The notes beneath the pieces are model-generated. The model saw only the letters and a list, made by a program, of their open reading frames with translations, was not told where the DNA came from and searched no databases. A stretch of DNA of 64,000 bases from Octopus sinensis (taxonomy: Eukaryota). Both the position numbers and the translations under genes were made by a program. The stretch lies in contig NC_043002.1 of NCBI RefSeq assembly GCF_006345805.1, positions 119,846,001 through 119,910,000 of the forward strand, in the 5' to 3' direction. Position 1 is the first letter of the stretch. Each line of letters starts with the position of its first letter. Shown in pieces: positions 14,100-25,950 of the stretch.

Positions 14100-15057
14100 A
14101 TTGACTGCGACTTGACTGTGACATCAACCACCTCCCCCACACACTTACCTCTCCTCTCTCTATCTCTCTCTCCTTCCAGCCTCCCACTCATATACATATA
14201 TCCACTACCCCCACCGCCCTTACCCACTTCAGTCTGTTGTTACCATTCCTCCTGATCTTCCCCTCTCTGAGGCGGAGCGCTCTCTTCGCAGTGGGGGTCT
14301 GCGCTTTATCCCCCTCCATCCAGCAACGAATTTCAGACCCGTGCTGATATTCATAGCTTTGTGTGCCGTATCAGGCTATATGCACTATTCCACAACACTC
14401 AACCTGCATCTAACGAAGAGAATTGCTTCAATGACCTTGGCCATAGATCATCCCACAGGACGCCGGCTCCTGGCCAGTATCAAACAGTCGATCATTTTGC
14501 AGACAACTGCCAACATGTTGTGGACCGGTTTAACTTTCGCAGGTGTCTCCGACATCTGCACATCTCCCCGGCCGAACTGTCTGCCCTTCGATGATGTCTC
14601 CGACGTCGCAAAGACATTATCATAAAACCGGCCGACAAGGGTGGAGCCGTGGTGGTGTGGGGCGCAGAACTCTACATGGCTGAAGCTCTCCGCCAATGTT
14701 AAGACACCTCCTATTTTCCTCTGCTCCCCAATTCCAAGCCTAGCTACCAATAGACTGTGTCCTCTACTATCCATGACCTCATCTCCTCCTCCCGTCTCTT
14801 TCCCACCGCCTCCAACCTCATTGGCCACACTCCACATACCCCCACCATTTACATCCTTCCTAAAATCTACAAACCCAACAACTCTGGGCGCCCCATCGTC
14901 TCCACCTGTAACTGCCCCACGGAACTGATCCCGAAATACCTCGACTATGCCCTTGCTTCTTAATGGCTTTCCCTCCTCTCCCGTATCTACGACACTAACC
15001 ATGCTCTCCATCTTTTCAACCCTTTCTCCTTCCCTCCTTCCCTCCGCACCCGCCTCA
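14100..15057 (+). mobile_element. Penelope-like element (PLE) fragment, N-terminal and early RT region, decayed
   Basis: Frameshifted LSEAERS..GLRFIP, IIKPADKGGAVVVW and IYILPKIYKPNNSGRPIVSTCNCPTE motifs, typical of PLE reverse transcriptases. Confidence 0.85.
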
Positions 15058-15060
15058 CCG

Positions 15061-15475
15061 TTGTCTTCGCTAAGTCAAGCGGAAGCTTGAAAGTGGAGTG
15101 AGCTGTCCTGCCGCCTGGCAACAAAGTAGCCGCAATTCCAGATGATGACACAGCTAGGGTAATGCCTTGTGTTCGCCTAATCTTAGCCAATATTAATTTG
15201 TTGAGAAAAGTTTTCCCAGTGCCCCCAGGAGCGTCCAGGAAAAATATCCCCACAGCTTTGACCCGGACTGAATTAACAACGGAGTTGTAAGCGAACTTCT
15301 GTTCTGGAAGGAGCTTTGGCTCATTGTCGGCTATGTACTCGGCAAGCTCGTCAACATTAAAACATGTCTCACGCAGCATATGTGAAGGCAGAGTGTTTGT
15401 GCCTTCCCGGTTTGTTGAAGGTAGGCGAAAGACCGGCAAGGCACTACCGCCCATATCAAGTACAGTATCTTCGAA
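15061..15475 (-). pseudogene. Helitron Pif1 helicase N-terminal fragment (motifs I and Ia)
   Basis: FFLDAPGGTGKTFL...AVSSSGIAATLLPGGRTAHSTFKLPL in ORF 14987-15454. Confidence 0.92.
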
Positions 15476-15507
15476 CGTAGTTTGTTACCACACAGCCACA
15501 CCTGCTC

Positions 15508-15562
<55 letters not shown>

Positions 15563-16575
15563 TGTGTGTATATGGGTAGATATATTATGCATGTACATAT
15601 GTGTACATATTATATGTACATCTATATATATATATATATATATATACATCTACACATAAAATACAAAATAGAAAGTTATATCTTGATATCGCTAGTGATA
15701 ACAATACTCAAAATATATAACAGACTGGAATTGTAGGCCCGTTTCTTGCAATTTCGATCAATGGGATCTTGTCATCCCTCTTGTATAGAAGTGTACGGTT
15801 GCAGCGAAATTCATTTTTGGACTTTCTTCTATTGAAGGCATTTTAACAAAAATGCTTCCGTAAAGACGGTGAAAATATTGTCAATTTCCCCAAACAGGGA
15901 TACAATTCAATTTTAAAACAATAACCAAAGCCCCTTCTCCGAAAGGGGGAGGGTTACGATTTACAATTATTTAACAAATGCAACACAACAACGTTTCCCT
16001 GACGAGGAACCAACAGACGTGATTACAATAGTTAAACAGTAATAATAATAACAACAAAACTTTTAATGTATCTCCATTTATGTGAAACCACTTATTTAAG
16101 TTCAAGTCATTGGTGCAATTTTATACGAATTGCTAATACACACACACATAATAAGGGTGAAAAATTGAATATTAATTTAATTAATATGAATTGAAAACCA
16201 GTGGTGTAGCATATAAGACCACAGCGGATCTTCTTCTAGCAAAAAGGATGACCAGTATTAATTGCCCATCCCTTTTATATAAATACTTTCACTTTAATTG
16301 TTGCACACTTGCAAAGAGAAAGGAGGAGAAAGTGTAGTGGTAATGGTAGGAGTGAAGCACTTGAAATGAAAGAGGGAAATCGTAAAATATTGAGTTTTCT
16401 CGAATTTTTGCTTAATTGGGGTGAAATTGAAAAAACTTTACATGCCATGACCCAATGGAATCTACTTGGAAAAGTGATAGGTAAATTCCAATTGAAGAAA
16501 TTCTATATTGTACAATTGTATAAAAAACGAACGATTTGGGAGGCAGAGAAAATCTGCCTTTTATCATAAGATATC

Positions 16576-16620
<45 letters not shown>

Positions 16621-16924
16621 TATATATTGTATGCACATATATCAATATACATAATGCATATTTTCAGAGTTGCCTCTCTTATGTACATCTCATTGACAAG
16701 AGTCAATAATCTCGACCGGGTGTTTTCACACGTTTTCACATAGAAGAGATATTTTCTCCACTGTAACTGCTGTGTATTTGTCTTTTAGCAGCTGAATTAT
16801 GTCACAAACTTATTTTAACTAATCTAAATTTTGCTTATGCCTAAACACTGCTTAGCGCTAACATTTCGTTATTTTCCTTGATCTAGCGATCTACTAGTGC
16901 AAATCAGTCAACTTGTTGACTGAA

Positions 16925-18200
16925 TCTCTTATTATAAAAGGCAGATTTTATCTGCCTCCCTTTGGGAGTTATAGAAATCTACAATATAGGATTTCTTCAA
17001 TTACAATTTACCTAGCATTTTTAAGAGTAGAATGCATCGGGTCATGCCAGGTCCAGTTTTTAAAATTTAAACTCCAATTAAGCAAAATTTACAGAAAACT
17101 CACATTCTGGTGTGTATGTCAAATGCTTTTCTTAGTCTGGTTTACAGCACACGCAAACGCACACACACAGTGTGCAACGAATAAAATGAAAGTAAATAGC
17201 GACAGAGTGATTTGAGGAAGACTAAACTGAAAGTATTTAAACCACTACTCAAAAAATAAAGAAACACAGCAAACAGAAACAAATAAATACATAACGATTT
17301 ACTCCTCACACAATTTCTTCAATTAGAGTTTACCTAAGATTTTTCAGAGTACTTCAGTGGGTGATGCCATAAAAAATTTCTTTCAATTTTACCACCAATT
17401 AAGACAAAATTCGAGAAAACTCGAATTTTAACGTATCACTCCGAAAGCATTGATGTAAGTTTACCTAAGATTTTTCAGAGTACTTCAGTGGGTGATGCCA
17501 TAAAAAATTTCTTTCAATTTTACCACCAATTAAGACAAAATTCGAGAAAACTCGAATTTTAACATATCACTCCGAAAGCATTGATGTACATGTGTGCGTG
17601 CGTGAGTGTGTGTGTGTCATTCCTCACACACACGCATACACATACATATACAACTACATACAACTACATACACATACAACTACATACAAACACGTGTGTG
17701 TTTGTTATTAGTAAAAAAGGCGCCAAATCACAACTCACTTATCATTCCAACACATTTGCAAAGACACACGGACGGACAGAAAAGGTAAATTGGTTTTTAT
17801 TTTACTCTGTATATATTTTATTATATAATATTATATATAGATATATGTATATATAATTGCAGTATGAAACAGTGTTTATGTATAAACAGACGACACTTAT
17901 ATATAGTTACCAAGCCGCCCGAATTTACCTATTCATATTTAAATGAGAATATCAGAGCAAATCTCTTTAGTACATTCGTGAAAACACGTATTATACTTCG
18001 TAAACACTTCAACTACAGTTTTGTACAAAAATCGAAGTGTAATTTTAATTCCGTGAATTATGGGAGATTTTTTTCCGAAATTTGTTCCTATTGTGTTTTC
18101 AAAATTTGTAATTCTGACAAAAAATGGATACGAATTTCATTATATCAAGCAGCGAGTCAGAATTCGAAGGATTTTCTACTGAAGACCTTCATAAATCTAA
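16925..18200 (+). mobile_element. Helitron-like family E 5' module with internal repeats
   Basis: Starts a|TCTCTTATTATAAAAGG; the first ~245 bp are nearly identical to 38271-38520; no 3' hairpin or CTAG of its own was seen. Confidence 0.6.
17328..17588 (+). repeat. Tandem duplication, 2 x 131 bp
   Basis: gtttacctaagatttttcagagtac...ccgaaagcattgatgta repeated almost identically. Confidence 0.95.
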
Positions 18201-18223
18201 CTCTATGACTGAAAAAAAAAGCA

Positions 18224-18620
18224 TCTTTATATAAGAGTGAAGTTGTGTGGTGTCTGTCTCCTACGATTTAGATTCCTAACTACTCCCACATTTTGCGGTG
18301 CAGTTTAACCAAAAGCGGGCATCTTATAGTCGTGATTCATATCGAGCCCTTCTGGGTATTAGCGTGCGTCTACGATGAGTCTACGATTTTAAAAAAATTT
18401 ACCATCATATTTTTCCATTTTAATGCATTTTTTTCGCTTTTATATAAGGGAAGTAACTCTCTAAAAATATCTACGATGTGTCAACGATTTAAAAAAAATT
18501 TACCTTAATTTTTTTTCAATTTTTAATGCATTTTTTTGCTATTTTTTGGCTATAACTCTCTAAAAATGCTTATATAGTTATTTCCCTTACAACCCGAGCA
18601 ACGCCGGGCGATACTGCTAG
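18224..18620 (+). mobile_element. Non-autonomous Helitron family D
   Basis: a|TC...cccgagcaacgccggg-cgatactgCTAG|t; internal ~100-bp duplication; further copies at 39356, 47105 and 25951. Confidence 0.9.
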
Positions 18621-19552
18621 TTATATATAAAGCAATTGCTTTGTAAGTCTGTTTGCCTCTTAGGTAAATTCCATTGGCAACAGTCAATAAACTCGAACAT
18701 CGATGTCTGGGATTCCTGATAGATGGCGACACTGAACAGACCGGGTGTTTTCACACTTTTTAACATAAAGATATTTTCTACAAGTCTGAAACCTCCACAG
18801 AATATAGACTAGGAGATAAATTTATTTTCCATAACCGAATAAAGCTAATTTGAAGATATGATTGTTGTGCGCGTTTATCACGATATGTATAACGTGGAAA
18901 TGAATGGTAACCATACAGATCTCTGTTAGGCTTATCACTGCAAACACACACAACATTTTGTTTATATTCCTATAAAATTGCAACAATTTGAGTGTTTTAT
19001 TATTTTAAATAAAAGTTTAAGTAGCTAAATGTTTCCTTTTAGAATTTGACAGGTCTGATTTACATAGCAGACATAACCACTTTCAGTAATTAATCTGTTA
19101 CTTTATTTTGATCATTATTTGTGAATTTATCAAACTTAAATTATACAAGCTCATTTGAATACGCCAAATAGAAATGAATACATCTTCCTCTCCACGATAT
19201 ACCAATTAGTTGATGCGTCCAGTGTCAGGTAATTGATGCTTGGCGATAGTATGATACTTTCAGTAAATAGAAAGAAATAACAAACTTTTATAACGACGTA
19301 TATATCACTTTAATCTATAATAATGTATATAGAGGTATTTTACTTTCAAGTTTAGAGCTTGCATAGTTTTATCTTCATCATACAACTTAGGTTTAATATT
19401 ATGTATTTACATATCCATGCATGCATGCATACATACATGTGTATGCGTATGTGCTTATATATATATATATATGAGATACACAATATAGGCATGCATATAC
19501 ATACACATGCACACATATATATGCATGCATGTATGTATGTATGTATATGGGC

Positions 19553-19907
19553 GGTTGGATGGAACCTACACTCGCCTCCTTATGAGAGCTCAAAATCTCT
19601 CGTGGAAACGCCATCCAACCAAAATGCAAGTATGTGGGAAACTACCACCTCTGTCATCTCTTGTGAAAGGTAGGAGAGTCCAGTTTGCTGGACATTGTTG
19701 TAGAGCTGAAAAAGAGGTAATTTCTACTCTTCTCCTCTGGAAGCCATCTACTCGCAATACCAGAGGGCGCACACTCTTCTACCCTGATGTAATCTCCAGG
19801 GATACAGGCACCCAGCAACAGGACCTCCGTAATGCCATGATGGACCATGAAGTCTGGCGTAGCATGGTAAATTCCATTGTCTCGACCATGGTCGAACAAT
19901 GATGATG
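19553..19907 (+). mobile_element. 5'-truncated RTE-clade LINE 3' end
   Basis: RRVQFAGHCCRAEKEVISTLLLWKP...RGR..YPDVISRDTG...WR; (ATG)n tail; 8-bp TSD atatgggc (19545-19552 and 19908-19915). Confidence 0.88.
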
Positions 19908-20291
19908 ATATGGGCAAAAGTATACGTATATATGACGTCTATATAGAGCCTGACAATCATTAGTGGCCAGAATCGCAGGAATTATTACTTTATCAGCCAT
20001 CTCTCAAAGGATATTTGACATTTCGACTCCCAAGGTCAGCACTAATTCGAGTTCTTTAACAACCACAGGGTTGATACAAGGGAGAAGAGATACAATGATA
20101 TCAAATATTTAGATGTAGTGTTTGTTTCTGAGAATGGAAAATTTAATTAGATTATAGTTAATCAGCGACTAGAACAGAAAAGTATTACCGTAGTTTTTTT
20201 CTAGTGCATATAAGTAACAATAGAAAAATGCATGGGAAAAATGGTTAATTCATCCAACAATAGATTATCACAAATTTTATTGTTCAATAAA

Positions 20292-20447
20292 ATTTGGCAT
20301 TTATTCTCGTTGTTTTATCCACAATGTTTTCCTTGTCTCTCTCTAATAGATTATCACAAATTTTATTGTTCAATAAAATTTGTGATAATCTATTGCAGAG
20401 AGACAAGGAAAATATTGTGGATCAAAGAACGAGAATAAATGCCAAAT
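20292..20447. repeat. 156-bp imperfect palindrome (foldback element)
   Basis: The arms atttggcatttattctcgt...acgagaataaatgccaaat mirror around 20369/20370; the centre is also duplicated at ~20258-20296. Confidence 0.9.
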
Positions 20448-20559
20448 GGCTTATCGAATAGTTTCTATTGTTTCAATGCCCTCGTATCACGGAATTGCTA
20501 CGCTCGAAATGTTCAAAGCCTTTGTCACCAAGCTCCAAAAGTAAAAGAAAAAACCTTTA

Positions 20560-22270
20560 CTTTGTGTGCCGATTCCTAGATTTTGATCTTAATCCTTGGA
20601 GAAAAAGTGTGACGACATTCTATCAACTGAGCCATTGTTTGGAGATCACTCCCAGTCATCTTTCATCCATTCTCATAAGCCATCTTTCAAAGAAAGTGCT
20701 GATGGCCGAGGGAATCCCTTAGTACACCACAGTTTTCTATAATCTTGTGTAATGCATTGTGACCACACTCAATTTGTGTGACATTGCTCACGGATTGTGA
20801 CTCTGTCAGCAGAAATCAATTCATCCACTCACTGGCGTGTAAGTACTTCAATAGCCATAAATGAAGGACAGAGCCGAATGCCTTCTTATAGTCAAGCCAT
20901 AATGTCACAAGTGTTCTGCGTTGTTTTCTTCAGACAGCACAGCTTTGTTTATTAAAAGTTGTTCGGCACATCCCCACACCCCTTTCTTTCCACCAGACTG
21001 TTCATCAGTCACAATGTTGGTCGACTCACAATGGTCTCGGAGAAATTGGTTGAGGCAACTTGTATATAGTTTGTACATAATGTTTAGGCAAGCAATGGGC
21101 CTATAGTTTCCTGCCATCTCGGTGATTTCATTTTTGGCAACAAGACTTGTCCTTGCTGTTGCAAGCCAATGTCGTACATCAAGTGGCGAGTTGGCAGAAA
21201 CGTTAGCACGCCGGGCGAAATGCGTAGCCGTATTTTGTCTGTCGCTACGTTGTGAGTTCAAATTCCGCCGAGGTCGACTTTGCCTTTCATCCTTTCGGGG
21301 TCGATAAATTAAGTACCAGTTACGCACTGGGGTCGATGTAATCGACTTAATACCTATGTCTGTCCTTGTTTGTCCCCTCTATGTTTAGCCCCTTGTGGGT
21401 AATAAAGAAATAGGTATATCAGTCTGACATTCAGAGTCCTTTTGAACATACATGTCAATTGGTTTCTATAAAATGTCAGCTTCTTGTACCAATATCCAAC
21501 TATTAGATGCCTTCCAGGGACCTTCCCATTCTACAGTTTGCCTACTGCTATAGCACAGGTTTCTGCATCAATTTTGTATGTTTTACTGTTAGTGTTGGTA
21601 CAGTATTCTCTCTTAATTATATTTAACCATAATGCATTCAGGTTGAAATCCCTATTTTCGTTCCAAATAGTTGACTAGAATGATTGTAGGTATTCTTAGG
21701 AGGGGGGCTTTTTTAATGGTCATATTTTCCTTCCTCATCTCTCTGTATAATGCTTTTGGGTTGGATGCAAACTTACGATTAATACCGGCTCGCTCAAAAA
21801 TTCGCTTGCGATAGCGAAGTTTCTCACTCATCGTCTTCAGTTCATGTTTTAAAGGGATTAGCTTTCCATCAAGAGCTCGGTGTGTTGAGTTGCCACAAAG
21901 TTTCATTAATTTTTGTCTAAGGTAAAGTTGGTGAGGTGTAAACTCACTTTTCTCCCTACGTTTTATTGTTGTAGTTAACCATCCAATATGGCGGCGCACG
22001 TTTTTGATGCTTTCTTCAAGTTTTGTTTTCCATCTAGGTTGTTTCCGTTTAGTAATTTCGTTATTTTGTACGCTGTAGATTTCTTCTAGGTGTTCTTTAA
22101 GAGTATTAATATTCTAGTAATTAACATCACATGATTCCTTGTGCTCCCTGGCAATATTGTTGATAACCTTAAACATTAGATCGGTCGGATTTTTTCCTAC
22201 TCGTGTTGGGAATAGTCTGTTGCTCAACGAAAGCTTCGAGAAACTAGCAAAGGTTTTTACGAATTGTAAT
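20560..22270 (-). mobile_element. R4/Dong-like (RLE-type) LINE fragment, RT region, decayed; interrupted by SINE B
   Basis: NYRPIACLNIMYKLYTS...EQSGGKKGVWGCAEQLLINK, WLDYKKAF and INRKFASNPKALYREM motifs. Confidence 0.85.
21179..21418 (+). mobile_element. SINE family B (B2 tail) nested in the Dong-like LINE
   Basis: Family B head and body with a ccccttgtgggtaataaagaaataggtat tail. Confidence 0.9.
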
Positions 22271-22349
22271 TTTATGTATGTATGCATGTATGTATGTATG
22301 TATGTTTGTATGTATGTATGTATGCTTATGCGTGTATGTATGTATGAGT

Positions 22350-22404
22350 GTATCTATCTATCATCTATCTATTTATCTACCTACCTACGTACCAACCTAC
22401 CTAC

Positions 22405-22466
<62 letters not shown>

Positions 22467-22486
22467 GTCTGTCTATCTATCTATCC

Positions 22487-22549
<63 letters not shown>

Positions 22550-22553
22550 CATA

Positions 22554-22587
<34 letters not shown>

Positions 22588-22616
22588 TATCTATCTATCT
22601 ATCCATCCATCCATCC

Positions 22617-22682
<66 letters not shown>

Positions 22683-22691
22683 CATCCATCC
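22350..22691. repeat. (TATC)n microsatellite, left flank of the Tx1-like element
   Basis: Seen directly. Confidence 0.95.
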
Positions 22692-23708
22692 AAGGGCGAA
22701 TGGCACCGCGAGTGTCGCGTTGCTCTCAGCAACTCTGCCGTCCTGGGTCGACCTTAAGTGACTTCAACACAACCAAAGCATTCTATAGGGGTTTAGTGGA
22801 GGGGAGGTACGACGACGAGCTCGGGGCGAACCTGGACGTCGACGAGAGGTACCTGACCCGCCTGTTCGGGACGACTTTCGGGCCAGGGCCCATGGACAAC
22901 TTCCAGAGATCCCTGGCCTGGCGTGCTACCGAGAAGCGCTACCCGTTCGGGATAAGCTCTACAGACACGGCTCGAGAAAACACGGGGCCGACCTGCCCGA
23001 GATTGCGGTCAGAGCGACGAAACGTTCTGCACGCACTCGTTCAGTGTCCACAATTTCCGACCTGTGGGCTTATTTCGAACAACTGCTGTCACGTGTGGAC
23101 GAGTCGGTTTATCAGCTGAGTCTATCGTCAATATTGTCACGCCTCCTTCCTTCAAACGGGAAGGAAGAGCTATTTTCATCATCCTTGTGGCTATGGCGAA
23201 AGAATGTATCTGGTGGACGCGTCTGAAAGGATTGGAGACAAACACTTTCCTCTGGTCAATCTCTCATAACTTCTTCAAGTCCACTGAAAAGGAAAGTGAG
23301 AGTAGAGAGGCAAGTTTTGTCTAGCGAATGTTTTAAAAAAAGATGGGTGAATGTAGCAAGAATGGCACGTATGAATGACGAAGCCACCTTGAGCATAGTC
23401 CTATGAACCCAGAAATCGAAAACAGAGAGTTGCTTATTTGCAAAAAAAAAAAAAAAAAAAAATGAAATATAAAATGTGACTTCATGACCGAGGTTACCGT
23501 GGTCTTTTCCGCAGGCTTTTCTTTCCACGGGTAAACCTCACCTGTCCTCCCCTTTACACTTCATATTGACATTTCTGTGATAACGATCCCTATTGATCAT
23601 TTTTTTTTCCTCTCCCCCCCCTTTTTTTTTTTTTTTTTTTTAACCCCCCCCTTATTTTTGTCCTCTTTCTCTCCTTTTACGATCCTTTTGATCGAGAACC
23701 TCCCCCTT

Positions 23709-23742
<34 letters not shown>

Positions 23743-23813
23743 CCTTCAAAAGAAAAGCTCTACCTTGTAATTTGTTTATCTGTGTGCAGCCCTGTGTGGC
23801 TAATAAAGAAACA
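22692..23813 (+). mobile_element. 5'-truncated Tx1/L1-clade LINE (C-terminal zf-RVT region and 3' UTR)
   Basis: Frameshifted SLAW...LPVRDKLYRHG..CPR....ET.LHALVQCP..LWAY, then ..IWWTRL.., stop at 23404-23406; pyrimidine-rich UTR ending gtgtgcagccctgtgtggctaataaagaaac. Confidence 0.88.
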
Positions 23814-23885
<72 letters not shown>

Positions 23886-23898
23886 CATCCATCCATCC

Positions 23899-23967
<69 letters not shown>

Positions 23968-23982
23968 ATCTATCTATCTATC

Positions 23983-24026
<44 letters not shown>
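23814..24026. repeat. (TATC)n microsatellite, right flank of the Tx1-like element
   Basis: Seen directly. Confidence 0.95.
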
Positions 24027-24310
24027 GTAATAATCTGTTTAGTGTTATAAACGAACATTTCTTCGCGGATGTATCTGTACGTATATATTCTTTTATTCTT
24101 TTACTCTTTTACACACTTCAGTCATTTGACAGCGGCCATGCTGGAGCACCACATTTAGTCGAAGAAATCGACCCCAGACTTATTCTTTGTAAGTCTAGTC
24201 TCTTTTGCTAAACCGCTAAGTTTCCGAGACATAAACACATGAGCATCGGTTCTAAAGCGATGGTGAGGGAACAAACAAAGTCACACAGACACACACACAT
24301 AAATATATAT

Positions 24311-24373
<63 letters not shown>

Positions 24374-24376
<3 letters not shown>

Positions 24377-24566
24377 GGTCCCGGGTGATTCGGGGTTAAC
24401 CACAGTAAATAAGGTACTCAATACATAGCAGAGTAAAATTAATTTATTATATGAAGGAGCTTCTACAGGACTAGAACTGTTTCATTCAAGAGAAATCTTC
24501 AGGAAGCTTCCTGAAGATTTCTCTTGAATGAAACAGTTCTAGTCCTGTAGAAGCTCCTTCTATATA

Positions 24567-24570
<4 letters not shown>
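24374..24570. mobile_element. Small PLE-pLTR-like element, family F, inserted in (TA)n
   Basis: Homologous to 36304-36453; flanked by (TA)n on both sides; contains HHR motifs. Confidence 0.75.
24453..24560. ncRNA. Perfect 108-bp palindrome encoding a type I hammerhead ribozyme on each strand
   Basis: Plus arm: gaagcttc-CTGAAGA-tttctcttgaat-GAAA-cag(ttctagtc)ct-GTA-gaagctcc; stems I and III pair; position 10.1-11.1 is a U-U mismatch. Confidence 0.7.
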
Positions 24571-24613
<43 letters not shown>

Positions 24614-24616
<3 letters not shown>

Positions 24617-25425
24617 GCATACCCCGGCTTAAGTCACTTTCGATTATACTTGGTTTTCAAGAATAATATATGGAAAATAAAAATCAAGTTAAGTCATTTT
24701 ACTCGACCCTACTTTTGTCCGCCACAAATATTGGAATCGTAAAATCAATAGAAAACCGTTAAAAGCACATAAAATCATGTTACTGTACAATAAATAAGAA
24801 TAAAAGAATATAAAATCATAATAAAATACGTACAGTAGATGTTAAGATACACACCATAAAGTAGTGTAGCTTAGTGAACGAAATCATGAAATCAGTTTTG
24901 TTGTCTTATATATCAGCCTTTCGGAGCTCATATTGCACTGTATCTACCGTTAGGCGTCGTTGTCACTCGTGATTCCTGCGATTGTTTTGAATTCAGATTT
25001 GTTTACGTCTGTTTATCGGGTACTACTTTCTCAATCTCATTCATTTGTGACTTTATTTTTGCCCCCCATGGCTCCTACGAAAATTCATAGTGAAAGTGCT
25101 AAGCGTCATGCTTATAACACCGGAAGATAAACTGGCTATGATAAAACGCCATAAAAAGGTAAAAAAAGTGATAGCAGCTGCACGATGTTTTGGGATGAGT
25201 TAGACAATTGTATCGACAATAAGTACAAGACTTTAGCACATATCACATCTTAAGCCCCAGGGATCAATACGAAACACTGTCATCAATACGAAAAAAATAT
25301 TTGTTTGTAATCTTAAACCAGGTTTTTATTAATCATATATTATTGAAAATGCATTCATAAATAATGTACAGAACTGGGAATGTGTATTATCGGTTTAGCC
25401 TAGAGACAAGTAAATTCGACTTAAT
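24614..25425 (+). mobile_element. Tigger/pogo-like DNA transposon remnant
   Basis: ta|aaggcataccccggcttaagtc TIR-like end; decayed CENP-B-type HTH at ~25070-25240 (MAPTK...EDKLAMIKRH..KKVIAAARCFGMS); partial right TIR near 25410-25425. Confidence 0.7.
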
Positions 25426-25642
25426 TCGGAACTATAGTTGAAGACACTTGCCGAAGTTGCCACGCGGTGGGACTGAACCCAGAACCATGTGGTTGGGAAG
25501 TAAGCTTCTTATCACACAAGCACACCTGCTCCTATATGATTACGTTTCTGCGTATTTCCATATACACATATTTGCGTGTCAACGTGTGTATATGTGAATG
25601 CACAGATATATGTTAGTCTATATATAATCACATACACATACA

Positions 25643-25673
<31 letters not shown>

Positions 25674-25764
25674 TATATATATATATTATATATATATATA
25701 TATATATAATATATATATATAAGTAAATGAGAGAATGGAGTCGAACGACGATTTTAACAAAATT

Positions 25765-25859
25765 CCTTTATTCTCGACATATGTTTCGAAGACTGCATAT
25801 TCTTAATTCCGAAGGAATAAAGGGTGCATTATGCCGCCTTCTCATCAGGAAAGACAAGG
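25765..25859 (-). ncRNA. Type I hammerhead ribozyme with canonical core and extended stem II, in a ~220-bp element (25720-25945) flanked by (TA)n
   Basis: ccttgtctttc-CTGATGA-gaaggc..gcata...tatgc.gtcttc-GAAA-catat-GTC-gagaataaagg: stem I, long stem II with a UUCG hairpin, palindromic acatatgt stem III and a GUC triplet. Confidence 0.82.
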
Positions 25860-25950
25860 AACTTATGTCAGCATCATGACGAACCCGGGTATCGGTTAAC
25901 CGAATTATCCATACTAGGATAATTCATTCACCTACTTATATATATATATA

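Larger units (their letters stand above)
24088..25533 (-). mobile_element. SINE family C split at its internal (TA)n by nested elements (3' half 24088-24300, 5' half ~25426-25533)
   Basis: Both halves match the family C consensus in the same orientation. Confidence 0.75.

Noticed and set aside
14448-15011. 187-aa minus-strand ORF
   Set aside because: Antisense shadow of the Penelope-like RT.
17328-17588. Direct repeats that might suggest a CRISPR array
   Set aside because: Two adjacent 131-bp units without spacers in eukaryotic DNA.
22139-23119. 326-aa ORF, the longest in the track
   Set aside because: Stop-free (TATC)n translation (YLSI repeats) running into a frameshifted Tx1 fragment; not a gene.
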